Part shown: positions 1 through 46,140 of the stretch, one piece after another
Numbering within the stretch: the stretch's first letter is position 1
Layout of the letters: every line of letters starts with the position of its first letter
NCBI GenBank assembly: GCA_951406725.2
Contig: OX597823.1
Coordinates: forward strand, 87,296,001 to 87,360,000
Source of the DNA: Octopus vulgaris
Lineage: Eukaryota
Length of the DNA stretch: 64,000 nt
Direction of reading: 5' to 3'
Translations under genes and position numbers: made by a program
The notes under the pieces: model-generated
What the model saw: only the letters and a program-made list of their open reading frames with translations
What the model was told of the DNA's origin: nothing
Database searches by the model: none

Positions 1-773
1 GCGGAATTTGAACTCAGAACGTAACGACAGACGAAATACCTATTTCTTTACTACCCACAAGGGGCTAAACACAGAGGGGACAATCAACGTTTCTGCCAGC
101 TCGCCGCCTTCCGTGAATTAAAATATAAATAACCTTTTCTACTTTAGGCACAAGGCCTGAAAATTCTGGAGGGAGAAGGTGAGTCGATTACATCGACTAC
201 CAGTGGTCAGCTGGCATTTATTTTATCTACCGCAAAAAGGCGAAAGGCGAAGTCCATCTCGGTTGGTTTTTGAACTGAAATGCCGTTACGATATTTTGTC
301 TGGAGCTTTATTCTACCAGCTGATCGCCTTTCAAATCACTTTCCTAATTTCTCTAATATCGACATAACGAAACCTTTTACTTAAAAACTAAATCTGCTTA
401 TAATGGCTGCCTTAGTGTGATATGTTTCGCTTGTATCTGTCGCCATTATATATATTCACATTCAAGCAAACATGGCGTTTTCGCATTTTGCTTTAAATTA
501 TTTAATTCTACGTATATTCTTTATTTCGTGCAAGTCACATTTTATGCTCGCGTCATATTGTAGCAAGAAAATGGATGCAGGCACTGCGAATCCAATATAT
601 TTCATACAAAATCTCGTAATCCTACAAAAAAGCTGTGTAATCAGCATACAAACATTTGGAAAGTGTTATTTTACTAGAGTTTTTTCTTTAGTTTCTTTTT
701 TATTAATATTATTATTATGAGGTTAAATCCACTAGGCCACTCTGCCGCTATGGAGCACGCCTTCCCATAAACA

Positions 774-1229
<456 letters not shown>

Positions 1230-1733
1230 TTGTTAATACTCTGTCTAAGTTCTCTTGAAGCATTAATGTTAAACGTAAACTAATATACCAAGAAATCAAG
1301 AAATGTAGAAAGCAGTAAGATTTCCTTACGTGATTTAGGATAATACTCTCGATCCATTATCGGTAATGGAGACAGAAATTTTCCTCGCAACAATTCAAAT
1401 GTTTAGAGGCAAAAGGAATTTTGTCTTGTTTTTTTTTTTCCTGATTTTTTTATAATGGTTTGATCTACTGGAAGAGACTCTGTCAATAGCTTGCTTAGAC
1501 CTTTCGAGATTGTTAGGTTTTTGACATCGGCAATGTTAATTTCTATCTTAAACAGTTACAAGAAAACCATAGGTACTGACAGAATTCCATAGGGTTCAGA
1601 TTCTGTGGAGAAAGGACTGGTCGTTGTGGTTAATGAGGTGTTTAGGATGATGGGGGCCAAAAAAAATGTAATGATATTTCTGCACGAATACTGGATGTTC
1701 TGACTAAATTTGAAGGTATTTTCTTTACTTCTT

Positions 1734-2222
1734 AAGGCAGCGGGCTGGCAGAAACGTTAGCACGCCGGGCGAAATGCGTAGCCGTATTTCGTCTGCCGTT
1801 GCGTTCTGGGTTCAAATTCCGCCGAGGTCGACCTTGCCTTTCATCCTTTCGGAGTCGATTAAATAAGTACCAGTTAGGCATTAGGGTCGATATAATCGAC
1901 TTAATCCGTTTGTCTGTCCTTGTTTGTTCTCTCTGTGTTTAGCCCCTTGTGGGTAGTAAAGAAATAGGTATTTTGTTTACTTCTTAAGGCGGCGGGCTGG
2001 CAGAAACGTTAGCACGCCGGGCGAAATGCGTAGCTGTATTTCGTCTGCCATTACGTTCTGAGTTCAAATTCTGCCGAGGTCGACTTTGCCTTTCTTCGTT
2101 TCGGGGTCGATAAATTAAGGACCAGTTACGCACTGGGATCGATGTAATCGACTTAATACCTATGTCTGTCCGTGTTCGTCCACTCTATGTTTAGCCTCTA
2201 GTGGTCAATAAAGAAATAGGTA
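1734..2222 (+). mobile_element. Two tandem tRNA-derived SINEs, family A (ggcggcgagctggcagaa..gagttcaaattcc..tcatcctttcggggtcgata)
   Basis: Pol III A/B boxes. Many near-identical copies: 1-110(-), 3318-3729, 12768-12985, 16918-17154, 20925-21153(-), 22581-22802, 39255-39885, 40485-40716(-), 42585-42722(-), 54160-54396, 60841-61025. Confidence 0.9.
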
Positions 2223-2520
2223 TTTTGTCTACTTCTTTTTTTCTGGAACTGCTTGATGTATCAGTGAACAGCCAACGGCGTTGGAGAGCATAAAGGTTAC
2301 AGTTTTAGTTCAGAAAATGTTAGCTGACGTGGGTGAATGGGAGCTATCTAAATACTGGTTTCAAATGTTGGTACTGGTCCAGCAATTTCGAGGGAGAGAT
2401 TAAGTCGATTACATCGAAACCTCTTCTATATTTATGAGATGAGGAATCATGTGCATTATTTACAATTGACGGAAATTTGTCCTCATCTTGTTTGTTATTC
2501 TATATACGTGTATATATACG

Positions 2521-2585
<65 letters not shown>

Positions 2586-3317
2586 GTATATATATATATA
2601 TATATAGGAGATAGGGGTACGTTACGCCGCCTTAATATATATATAGAAATCAAATATAAAATATAAAATATAAATTACAAAGTGGGACAAAAACGCAAAA
2701 ACACACAAAGAGACGACACAAAAAAACACACGGGTCACTCGAAGCCTCTAATCTTCAGTCATATATATATATATATATTTACATATATATATTCAGTAAA
2801 TACGCGAGACAACTCTGGATTAATTTCGATCTTATTACATCTTTTCCCAGTGAAGACGTCACTTGCGCGACGTACCATTTATGTATAGGAATGTACGCGA
2901 AAGATTAGAATATGGTAGATGGGGGAATAAATCTCTGCCGTGAACTTCATAGAAGCATCTCTATTTGTCATATTATCTCTCCGTATAACATCTGTCCTGT
3001 AGAAGTCTTTTGCTATTCAAGACCGTATTTTCTGCAGCATTATCGTAACTGAATGTAAGGAGTTACATTGTGGAATCGTTAGCACGTGGAACAAAATGCT
3101 TGGCATTGCGTTCGTCTTTACGTTCCACCGATATCGACTTTGCTTTTCAGTCTTCTGGGGATCGCTAAATATATACCAGTTAAACACTGGGGTCGATGTC
3201 ATCGACTTTGCATCACCCCAAAAATTCCTGATTTTGTGTATATAGAAGAAAGCTTTATCGCTAAATATATGGCAACAAGTTAGTAGAGTCGTTAGAATGG
3301 CGAAAAAATGTCTTGTG

Positions 3318-3729
3318 AGCTGGTAGAAACGTTAGCACACCGGGCGAAATGCTTAGCGGTATTTCGTCTGCCGTTACGTTGTGAGTTCAAATTCCGCCAA
3401 GGTCGACTTTGCCTTTCATCCTTTCGGGGTCGATAAATTAAGTACCAGTTACGCACTGGGGTCGATGTAATCGACTTAATACCTATGTCTGTCCTTGTTT
3501 GTCCTCTCTGTGTTTAGCCCCTTGTGGGTAATAGAGAAATAGGTATTTCGTCTGCCGCTTCGTTCTGAGTTCAAATTCCGCCGAGGTCGACTTTGCCTTT
3601 CATCCTTTCGAGGTCGATCAAATAAGTACCAGTTACGCACTGGGGTTGATATAATCGACTTAATCCGTTTGTCCGTCCTTGTTTGTCCCCTTAGTGTATA
3701 GCCCCTTGTGGGTAGTAAAGAAATAGGTA
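3318..3729 (+). mobile_element. SINE family A, dimeric copy
   Basis: The second unit restarts at gtatttcgtctgcc directly after the tail aaataggt. Confidence 0.88.
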
Positions 3730-4725
3730 TTTGTTGCCCCACTTTTCGTTCCGAGTTCAAATCAATTATTAAGCAATTGTTTTGACCCATAAACACGCTG
3801 ACTTTACTCCTCGTAAGTCTCTTCCGCATCCATGCAAAAGGTTTGGAAATTTTGGTGGGAGGTGACTAATCGATTCTAGTGCTCGGCTGGTACTTATTTC
3901 ATCGTACCCCGAAAGGATGAAAAGCAGAGTCGAGCTCGGCGGCATTCGAACTCAGAACGTAAAGACGGACGAAATAATCCAAAGCATTTTGCCAGCCGTG
4001 CTAACGATTCTGTCCGCTCGCTGCCTTTCCGATCAACTGTAAAGATTTCATATTTTCGTGCAAAATCACAAACAGATTTTGCAACACAGAAAAGGATCTG
4101 GATATGGTCAATGCATTAGCTTTAGTCTAAGATGTGTATTGGTAAAATCATTAGAATATCGGAGAAAATATATTGTTCTGTATGTTTAAACTTCTTTACA
4201 CTCTCAATGTAAACCAAATGAATATGGATTTGATTTTCCAGAATCTGAGGTGGTGGACCCGAAGATAGCTGTCCAGAATAACGTACATACGTAAATCTAT
4301 GGTCACCATATCCGAAAATATGTGAAACAAATGCATCTATTGCCAATACCATTATTTGAACTGATAACTTAGAGGACAGGGGCTATACTACTTTAAATAC
4401 AAAGGGAATATTAATCCATCCCCCTATCTCTTTTCTAGTATTTCACTGCGCTCGTCTAAGTAATAATGCTCAATTTCTAATTTACACAACTGAGAATTGA
4501 AACCGGGTCTCAGACACGTGTCGTTTACTACAAACTGCCACATAATAGCAACCGTAAGCACAGGCGTAGGTGTGTGGTTAAGAAAACCACTTTGCAACCA
4601 CTGTTTTTCTGGTTAAGTTCTGCTACACGTCATCTTGGGCGAGTGACTCCTACGAGAGTCTTGGATGGATCAATTCATTGTGAGTGAATATGGAAGACGA
4701 AAACTGTGTGAAATCCTGCCGTATG

Positions 4726-4863
<138 letters not shown>

Positions 4864-4879
4864 TATATATATATATAGA

Positions 4880-4929
<50 letters not shown>

Positions 4930-4934
<5 letters not shown>

Positions 4935-5217
4935 GCGCAATGGGTTAGGGCAGCGGACTCGCGGCCGCAGGATCGCGGTTTCGATTCTCAGACCGGGCGT
5001 TGTGTGTGTTTATTGAGCGAAAACACCTAAAAGCTCCACGAGGCTCCGGCAGAGGGTGGTGATCCCTGCTGTTCTCTTTCACCACTCTTTCTCCCACTCT
5101 TTCTTCTGTTGGCCTGCTTGCTTAGCCAGCGGGGTGGCGTCATTCGAAGGCTAAAACAATGCGAACGCATTGTGACCAGCGATGTGTAACATCTGATGGT
5201 CTGGTCGGTCACGTGAT

Positions 5218-5222
<5 letters not shown>
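4930..5222 (+). mobile_element. tRNA(Arg)-like SINE family C (ggaggcgcaatgg..ggactcgcgg..tttcgattc)
   Basis: tRNA-like head. Relatives at 37505-37805(-) and 11010-11200(-). Confidence 0.8.
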
Positions 5223-5259
<37 letters not shown>

Positions 5260-5599
5260 TTTACGATGACAATGTACTCAGTCATCGAATTCTCTTCACT
5301 CGTGAGTTTCTCGCCTAAAACAACGAGACATCACTTCCGTAACCATCCAGATTTAGCGCCTGCAGATTTCCATGTCTTCCCTAAGATGAAAATGCAGCTG
5401 AAAGGTCGCCGTTTTAACACCGTTGTCGAGATCAAGAGCGAATAGCGGCAGGTCCTCGATATATATATATATAAATATTTGAAAAATATTTGATTCAGAT
5501 GAATTAGGTACATAAGTTGAAACACCAAAAATTAGTGCGTTATTATCCGCACTAATAAGGTGAATAAAATCAAAATAAGCGACAGGATATCCAGAGGTG

Positions 5600-5687
5600 A
5601 TGCAGTACAACCGTTTCAAGCGGATCCATTTAATTGAGCAATGCAATCATTAAATCAATTTAAATGCAGGGCTATCCTCAGCTGCGT
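5600..5687 (-). ncRNA. Hammerhead with extended stem II
   Basis: acgcag-CTGAGGA-t-agc..catttaaattga..tcaattaaatg..gct-t-GAAA-cggttg-TA-ctgcat. Confidence 0.65.
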
Positions 5688-5769
5688 AAATAAATAAATA
5701 AATAGAGTATTTAAGTAAAATTATATAAATGTGTCCGACTGATTAAAAAAAAATTCTATTTATTTATTC

Positions 5770-5857
5770 ATGCAGGTGAAGATATTCCTGCATTTAAATT
5801 GATGTAATGATTGTTTTGTTCAATTAAATGGAGCCGCTTGAAACGGTCGTACTGCAT
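5770..5857 (+). ncRNA. Inverted sister copy of the 5600 hammerhead (C3G without a G8 change, likely dead)
   Basis: atgcag-GTGAAGA-...-GAAA-cggtcg-TA-ctgcat. Confidence 0.5.
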
Positions 5858-5894
5858 TACCTCTGGATATCCAGTTGCTTATTTTGATTATATA

Positions 5895-5965
5895 TATATG
5901 TGTGTGTGTATGTGCATACAACAGGATTCCACACATATATGTATGTATGTATTATGTACGTATGC

Positions 5966-5998
<33 letters not shown>

Positions 5999-6224
5999 TG
6001 TATGTATGTATGTATGTATGCATGTTTGTATGTATGTATGTGTGTATGTATGTATGTATTTATGTATGTATGTATGTATGTATGTATGTATGTTTGTGTG
6101 TGTGTATGTTTGTATGTATGTATGTATGTATGTATGTATGTATGTATGTATGTGTGTGTGTGTATGTATGTATGTATGTATGTATGTATGTATGTATGTA
6201 TGTATGTATGTATGTGTGTGTGTG
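5895..6224. repeat. (TATG)n tetranucleotide tract
   Basis: Direct read. Confidence 0.95.
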
Positions 6225-6439
6225 CCGACTCTCCTGCGATGCTTCGGTCTAAAGCTGAAACCGTACGGTAAAGAGATATCACAGTCGCCAGTTTCCGGTC
6301 ATTTACGGTCGCTGCCGGCATGTATTTATACATTTATATGTGCATTGATAGCAGCAACAGGGTCATTTAGCGCTTATTTCTAGCAGTGTATGTGTTCTAA
6401 CACTTGCAGCCATATTTAATGACCTCTAATTTTTTTATT

Positions 6440-6842
6440 TTTTTATGGAGCGCGAAGAATTGGATTCTTTACGATGACAATGTACTCAGTCATCGAATTC
6501 TCTTCACTCGTGAGTTTCTCGCCTAAAACAACGAGACATCACTTCCGTAACCATCCAGATTTAGCGCCTGCAGATTTCCATGTCTTCCCTAAGATGAAAA
6601 TGCAGCTGAAAGCTCGCCGTTTTAACACCGTTGTCGAGATCAAGAGCGAATAGCGGCAGGTCCTCGAGTCCCTTACGGAAAACTACTTCCAGGCCGCATT
6701 CCGAAAGTGGTTGAAATGCTGGGACTGGTATATTGCTGCGAAAAGTAACTAATTCGGAGGAGATGATATTAAAACTTAGGTAAATGAGTTATTTTCTTTT
6801 AGACATAACTAGTCCGAGAACTTTTTGATAGTGCTTTGTATA
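6440..6842 (+). mobile_element. Mariner transposase 3' relic with terminal repeat
   Basis: PDLAPADFHVFPKMKMQLK..RFNTVVEIK is the YSPDLAP motif region. 204 nt are duplicated at 5256-5459. Confidence 0.8.
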
Positions 6843-6993
6843 TCTTCATTCAGTTTTCGTCTGCCAAATCCACTCACGAGGTTTTGGTTATCACTGAGTA
6901 CTTGCCAAAGGACCATGCATTATGATTGAACCTGGAATCATGTTGTTGGGAACCAAACGTCTAAACACACAGCCAGGGTCTGCGCCTAAAGGG

Positions 6994-7098
6994 ATGCTTA
7001 AAGCACCTAGTTTTCCCGGGCAGTCGTTCATCTAAGCATTAACTAGACACGACGTTGCTTCACTTCAGTAATCAGAGGGGAATCGGTGCTTTTCAATG
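6994..7098 (-). pseudogene. Degenerate 5S rRNA pseudogene
   Basis: Plus-strand agcacctagttttcccgggcagtc...gacgttgcttcacttc...atcggtgc aligns by eye with the reverse complement of invertebrate 5S rRNA. Confidence 0.7.
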
Positions 7099-8212
7099 AA
7101 ATAGAAATATATATTTTTGAAAATTATTCTCCACGTGCGGCCTAGTAGATTGGGACACCTTCCATAAACTCGACTGCATTTTACACGCATGAAATGGTAC
7201 TCCATCGGTCACGACGATGAGGGTTCGATCAGCGGAACAGACTGCTCGTGAAATTAAGGTGCATGTCTTTGAGCACTCAACAGACACGTGTACCGTTTAC
7301 GTAGTTCTCAGAGAGATTCAGCGTGACACATAATGTGACAAGGCCGGCCGTTTGAATTACAGGTATAACGCATTTATGTCAGCTGATTGGAACAACGTGC
7401 AGTTGGGTATCTTGCTCAAGGACAAGGCGTACAGTCGGAAACCGAACCCACAACCTTATGATCATGAACCGAATACCCTAACAGGTAAGCCACGCGCCTT
7501 TAATCTACAGATATATACATTACGTTCACTTACAGATCTATTAAAGTATACAAGAAAGATAACTTTTAAGAAAAGTTGCGTGAGTTATCTCCCTTATAAA
7601 AATTCAGAAAATTTTGAATTGCTATGGTTTTTTCTATTCTTTCTGTCTTGTCATAATTGAAGTAATAATAAATATCGGATGTATGTATATTTGTAATTCT
7701 CGAGGCAATGACATAGCTGAATCGTTAGAATCCCGCCAAAAAATGCTTTCCGGTATTTGTTCCGACACTTTACATCCGAGTTCAAATCCTGTCGAGATCA
7801 ACTTCGCCCTTCCATCATTCTGGGGTCCGAAAATACAAAATATCATTCAAGTACTTAGGTCCATTTAATCGACTAAATCCGTCTATGAAAATTTGTCTTC
7901 AGCCAAAACCGAAAAACCATTACTTATCCTCAAATAAGAACTTTGAACCACAATGTTCCTTCCGTGATCATCCTCCTGAAATTTTTTGTCTTTATTTTTT
8001 ACTTCTCAAAAATACTTCATCTACACTAAGTAAATAGCGCCACTTTCGCGTGTGATCTACAAATTAAAGGGTAATTACATTTGCTTACTTTCCAATTTCT
8101 AATAATCCTAAAGATGTTCTTGCATTTCTGGAAGATGTTCGCTCAATTCATCGATGAAATTATCCAAGTTTGTATTTCGTCTTTATTATCTAATTGCTAT
8201 ACTCTTTTCTCT

Positions 8213-8612
8213 CTTTTACTTGTTTCAGTCATTTGACTGCGGCCATGCTGGAGCACCGCCTTCAGTCGAGCAACTCGACCCCGGGACTTATTCTTTTGTA
8301 AGCCCAGTACTTATTCTATCGGTCTCCTTTGCCGAACCGCTAAGTGACGGGGACATAAACACACCAGCATCGGTTGTCAAGCAATGCTAGGGGGACAAAC
8401 ACAGACACACAAACACACACACGCATATATATATATACATACATATATACGACGGGCTTCTTTCAGTTTCCGTCTACCAAATCCACTCACAAGGCATTGG
8501 TCGGCCCGGGGCTATAGCAGAAGACACTTGTCCAAGATGCCACGCAGTGGGACTGAACCCGGAACCATGTGGTTGGTAAACAAGCTACTTACCACACAGC
8601 CACTCCTGCGCC
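8213..8612 (-). mobile_element. SINE family B
   Basis: Full reverse-complement copy. Confidence 0.9.
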
Positions 8613-9262
8613 TATGCAAATTTGCTATGCAAATTTTTTATAAATTATTTTGAACATGTTCAGCAGTGTAAATGTATTTTTCGAACATCTTACGATTTTA
8701 AGAATGATAATAAAACAATGTCTCATTTTAATTTTAGTAAATAATAAAAAGAAACCTAGAATAAACAATATAATAATTACGTTAAGCACGTAGATCACAC
8801 GAGTTTGGCAGCCATGAGTTTTGCAACGTAAAGTTGGCAAAATTTCACTGCTTTCCTTTCTCTTCGAACTCCCTTCATTTCTCTACCACAACATTTTCTT
8901 CCTCATCCAGGAGGTCATTTCTTAATAATTATGCAACTGCCTACGTCTCGTCGTTATTTACATTGTAATCTTTAGCAAACAGCTTAAAGGTTTTTAGAAG
9001 TTGAAAAGTAAAGTAAAAATAACCTGAAGTAATCGCTGTTTAAGTAGTAGATCAAACGCCAAAATAGCACCATTTAAATTAGCTAAATTTTTAAACACAG
9101 TAAGGCACTATTTGACAGATGCTTTGTTACTATTTCTAGCTGGTCAAATGACCACATAGAGGTTAGCTTATCAAAATATTGTTGCTTCAAATCGGAGAAA
9201 AAATAACATTATGACATATATTATCTACAGTTATTATTATTATACATAGATACATACATACA

Positions 9263-9298
<36 letters not shown>

Positions 9299-9309
9299 TA
9301 TGTATGTTC

Positions 9310-9340
<31 letters not shown>

Positions 9341-9410
9341 CATACATACATATATATATGTATATATATATATATGTACATATATATATGTATATATATA
9401 TACATATATA

Positions 9411-9477
<67 letters not shown>

Positions 9478-10243
9478 ATATATCACCACGTAGTATAGAT
9501 GTTGTGATATTATGACTCAGAGAAATTGTATAACAAAACAATTGCAAGACATTGGTTTATTTATTTTTATTTATATTTTTGTTTTGTTATATTTTATGTT
9601 CAGGCTTATATGCATACATTCATTATACAATATTGGTTTCAAATTTTGGCACAAGGCCAGCAATTCCGCTGGAGTGGGGGTAAGTCGATTACGTTAACCC
9701 CAGTACTCAACTAGTGTTCTTTTGATCGACTTCGAAAGGATTAAAGGCAAGGTCGACCTCAGCAGAATTTGAATAAATATTCAAAATGAAAGACTTAGTT
9801 CAAAAGGAGAATGAGAAGGATATCCATGGCCCTGGATTCCATCATTCATCCTTTGCAGAATTCCAAGCTTTACAAATATGCGCGCACGCGCACAACAAAT
9901 GCCCACAGGCACACACACACATGCGCGCGCACACACATAACACACATAATCGCACGCACACACATGTATATATTCATAGACATACACAATGTGTGTGTAG
10001 GTGGGTTTTATATGAATACGTGTATGTATACATGCATATATATATATCTATATATATGAGTGTGTGTGTATATATATATATATATGTGTGTGTGCGTGCA
10101 TAAACACAAACACTTATATCTATATTTATCTACACACACACACATATATATACACATATATATCTATGCACACATACGCAATTATATATATATGTATATG
10201 TGTTTATATAAGTATATATACTTATATGCATATACAAAGTGAG

Positions 10244-10274
<31 letters not shown>

Positions 10275-10402
10275 CATACACGCATACACGTTGCATACGT
10301 GTAATTCTACCACAAGATTAATGCGTAAACCGCACCGCTTAATAAACAGTATTTCGAACACGTGACTCCATACATACCGAAAGAGTAAACATCAAAGATG
10401 AT

Positions 10403-10576
<174 letters not shown>

Positions 10577-10648
10577 GTGAATGAATGGAACGAGTTTTTA
10601 CTCAAGATTTGTTGGTGTATCTGGTCATTTATGAATGTGCTTCTGTTG

Positions 10649-43059
<32,411 letters not shown>

Positions 43060-43328
43060 TGTTAATTTATTAAACGTGCAAAAATGCTAATAATGCAACT
43101 ACTAATAATTAGTTCTAATTAACAAACCTAATATTCTCCATTGTTGTGCATAACTAACTTATGGTCGTATATTCCATGGACTGAACTGTATTGATATTAT
43201 AATTCAGCTTTTTTTATCTCTTTTCATTCTGAACGCGTTATGACCTACTTTATTTATTTTCAAGTAGATAGATTATGATAAAAACAAAAAGTTTAATCAC
43301 TTAATCAATACATTCGATGACGAAGACG

Positions 43329-43428
<100 letters not shown>

Positions 43429-43519
43429 CAAATTTATATATGGAACCTGTTGATGACGTACGCTGCTGGCATATGTGTGCACTTGTACATTTATATATGT
43501 ATGTGTGAATATATATAAC

Positions 43520-43995
43520 TTTGATAGCTTTGATATATATAACTTTGATAGCTTTCGGCCAGTATAAGCCAAAGCCATGTCTAACTCAACAGCAACACCT
43601 GGTGAAGACTTTTAGTCATATATGGGGTACCATAGCCAACGCTATCAAACAGTTATTATTGTTGGAGACATATCCGAGGGTAGGAGGTTGGTCCGGGATT
43701 TTTTGAAGAAATTCGTCCAGTGAACATATGAATTTCCATTTTGACGTATTTTGGTATGGTATTAAAGAGAGCTGGACCGGTTGAGGTGAAGTAATTGTGA
43801 CGTAATGTTGCTATGTGTAGCGAGTTCGATTTTTGTAGTTGGCGGATAGCACAGTGGCCAGGTCTTGGCTGGATTTTAAAATTGATGCAAAAATCATTTG
43901 TGCAATGTTGATGGAATATTTTCCACATAACACAAGTGATGTAGCGCTCCCGATAGCGTTGGAGATAGTAGAGGTTGAAAATTTTTTAGTCGACC
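43520..43995 (-). mobile_element. Degenerate LINE 3' fragment, same family as 62033-63647
   Basis: MWKIFHQHC...RHNYFTSTGPALFN matches the C-terminus of the 62082 ORF. Confidence 0.85.
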
Positions 43996-44569
43996 CTAAT
44001 AATCAGTACCTCTCGTGCCGTTTATCTTTCTTATCATTGACCTCAGGAGTCCTTCTACTTTCATAATGAGTTGCTTCGTATGGGGGGACCACACTGGGTG
44101 TCACTTATAACGAATTTTACCCAGACACTATTTGTGACACCCGCAGTTTATTAATCTTTGTTTTCCCACCATCAGCCGCTTGTCGAAGTATTCTTCGGGA
44201 GTATTCGGCAAAATAAGATGTCACGTTATAGATGCAACATTAACAGATGAGCGTCGAGCGCATCGATTCATACGTACACGCGCATACACACACACACACA
44301 CACACAAACACATACACACATACACACACACACAGACGCACACATATACATATGTAAATACGTTGTAATGAAGAAGTCAAACCAAACTGATATTTTGAAG
44401 TCATTTAATACATACGTTTCATGTCTGTGTAATATATAATAGGAAATACATACATTACGTAAACCTTCTTCAGTGTTAGTACAAATTAACCGGTCCAAAC
44501 GCCATACACTAACACCAATTTGAAATATTTAGTTATATTTGGCTCGAATTCTTCAATATATATATTATG

Positions 44570-44635
<66 letters not shown>

Positions 44636-45194
44636 ACATTTGAAATCCACGTGGTTCATAACAATATGCACGCGCTATTATTTATAGTCTTATAGCTTTC
44701 TACTTGGAGTTTTACCGTCAAAAATATTTTATTCATGCCCTGGAAGTTTCTATGATATCAAATATATATATATATACAGGCATTGATTGTCTATATGGCG
44801 CGTGCGGGGATATAAGTCGCAGCTATATCTAAAGGTCGAGCGTCCATCATCGATGAAACCAAGGAAAGATGAAATTAAGTGATCAGGTTGTCTCGGTGCT
44901 GGAGTTGATGGGGATCTATCTCCCCGCGAGCGATATAAAGAAGCGTGCATTCTGCACCAAACGCCGATATGAGAGTTCCTCTCATGGTATGTACAACAGT
45001 AAAATTTGTTATAATCCACGTTTAAGTAGGAATAAATATTGCTACACACACACACACATACACACACACACACACTCACACATACACACCCTCATATATA
45101 TATATTATATAAACATATACGTACATAACTACTCACACGCGCGTACACACTCACACACACATACGTATATATATATATATATATATATATAGCA

Positions 45195-45948
45195 TGTTGA
45201 AAAGAAAGTTCTGTTGCATTTTTGATCTGATCACTTTGAAGGTATCCCTCTGTACCTTACTGTTTTCCGTTTAGTCAGGGTTTTATTCTACTCCTCATTG
45301 AAGCATAGACTCACAACCGTACATTTCCTCGTAAAATCCTCACAAGAGATGAAAAGTTAGTCATCTGTGACAATTTCCAACGGAAACGAATATGGGTTAT
45401 CAGCCAAGGAAAGTGGAGAATCCATTCCCAATCCAGGAATGCATTAGAAATATTCATGCTTTGTTTTTGGTGAAATATGAAGCATATCTTGAAGAGTTCC
45501 ACCAAAGCGAAACTGTGAATGTGGAGAAATATTGCACAAAACTTTACAGAAAAACCGTTGATCATCAAGAGATATAGCTCTAACATGATACTGAAACACC
45601 ACATATCACTGGAGTCGGGAAAAGATTTTGGTTCTAAATACAGAGGTTTCGTTTCATCGTCCGTTCTTTCCTAGCGTTCATCCACATGAGGTCCTTATTT
45701 TCAGATCACTGAAAGATTATTTCCCGGGCAAACAGTTGGTTAATTATGAAGAAGTTAAATATTGGATGTTTTTATGCTTCGAAATCGTATGGGTTTTACG
45801 TCTGAGGGATTAGTAGTTTGGCAAATTGATGGGATTATGTTACCAATAAATAGAGAACATATTATCGTGATTATCTTAATTATGACCAAAGAAGTATTTG
45901 TTTCTTTCTCATATAAGAATGCGACGGAAGTTTCTCCCCAACCTAACA
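45195..45948 (+). mobile_element. Decayed mariner element
   Basis: ILTRDEK (TGDEKW-like), ETVNVEKYC, FRSLKDY.PGKQL. 3' TIR ..tctccccaacctaa. Confidence 0.65.
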
Positions 45949-46008
45949 TACACACACATGCACACACACAGATGCATGCATACATACATACATACATACA
46001 TACATACA

Positions 46009-46055
<47 letters not shown>

Positions 46056-46140
46056 TACAATTTCATTAATCAATTAAAGGAGTCGATTGAAACGGCCCTA
46101 ATGAGTTGACACCTCTACATCTTTGTTACTCAAATATATA

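Noticed and set aside
490-625. Possible minus-strand exon after ttttgtag
   Set aside because: Short frames with no recognisable product; an acceptor-like site alone is insufficient.
2812-2852. Minus-strand hammerhead-like GAAATTAATC with stem II
   Set aside because: The core is one nucleotide short and non-canonical; too decayed to call.
4122-4352. Non-repetitive ORF or possible exon
   Set aside because: No recognisable homology and no partner exons; cannot be supported.
43060-43320. Promoter/TATA for gene A
   Set aside because: The AT-rich background makes motif calls unsupported without TSS data.
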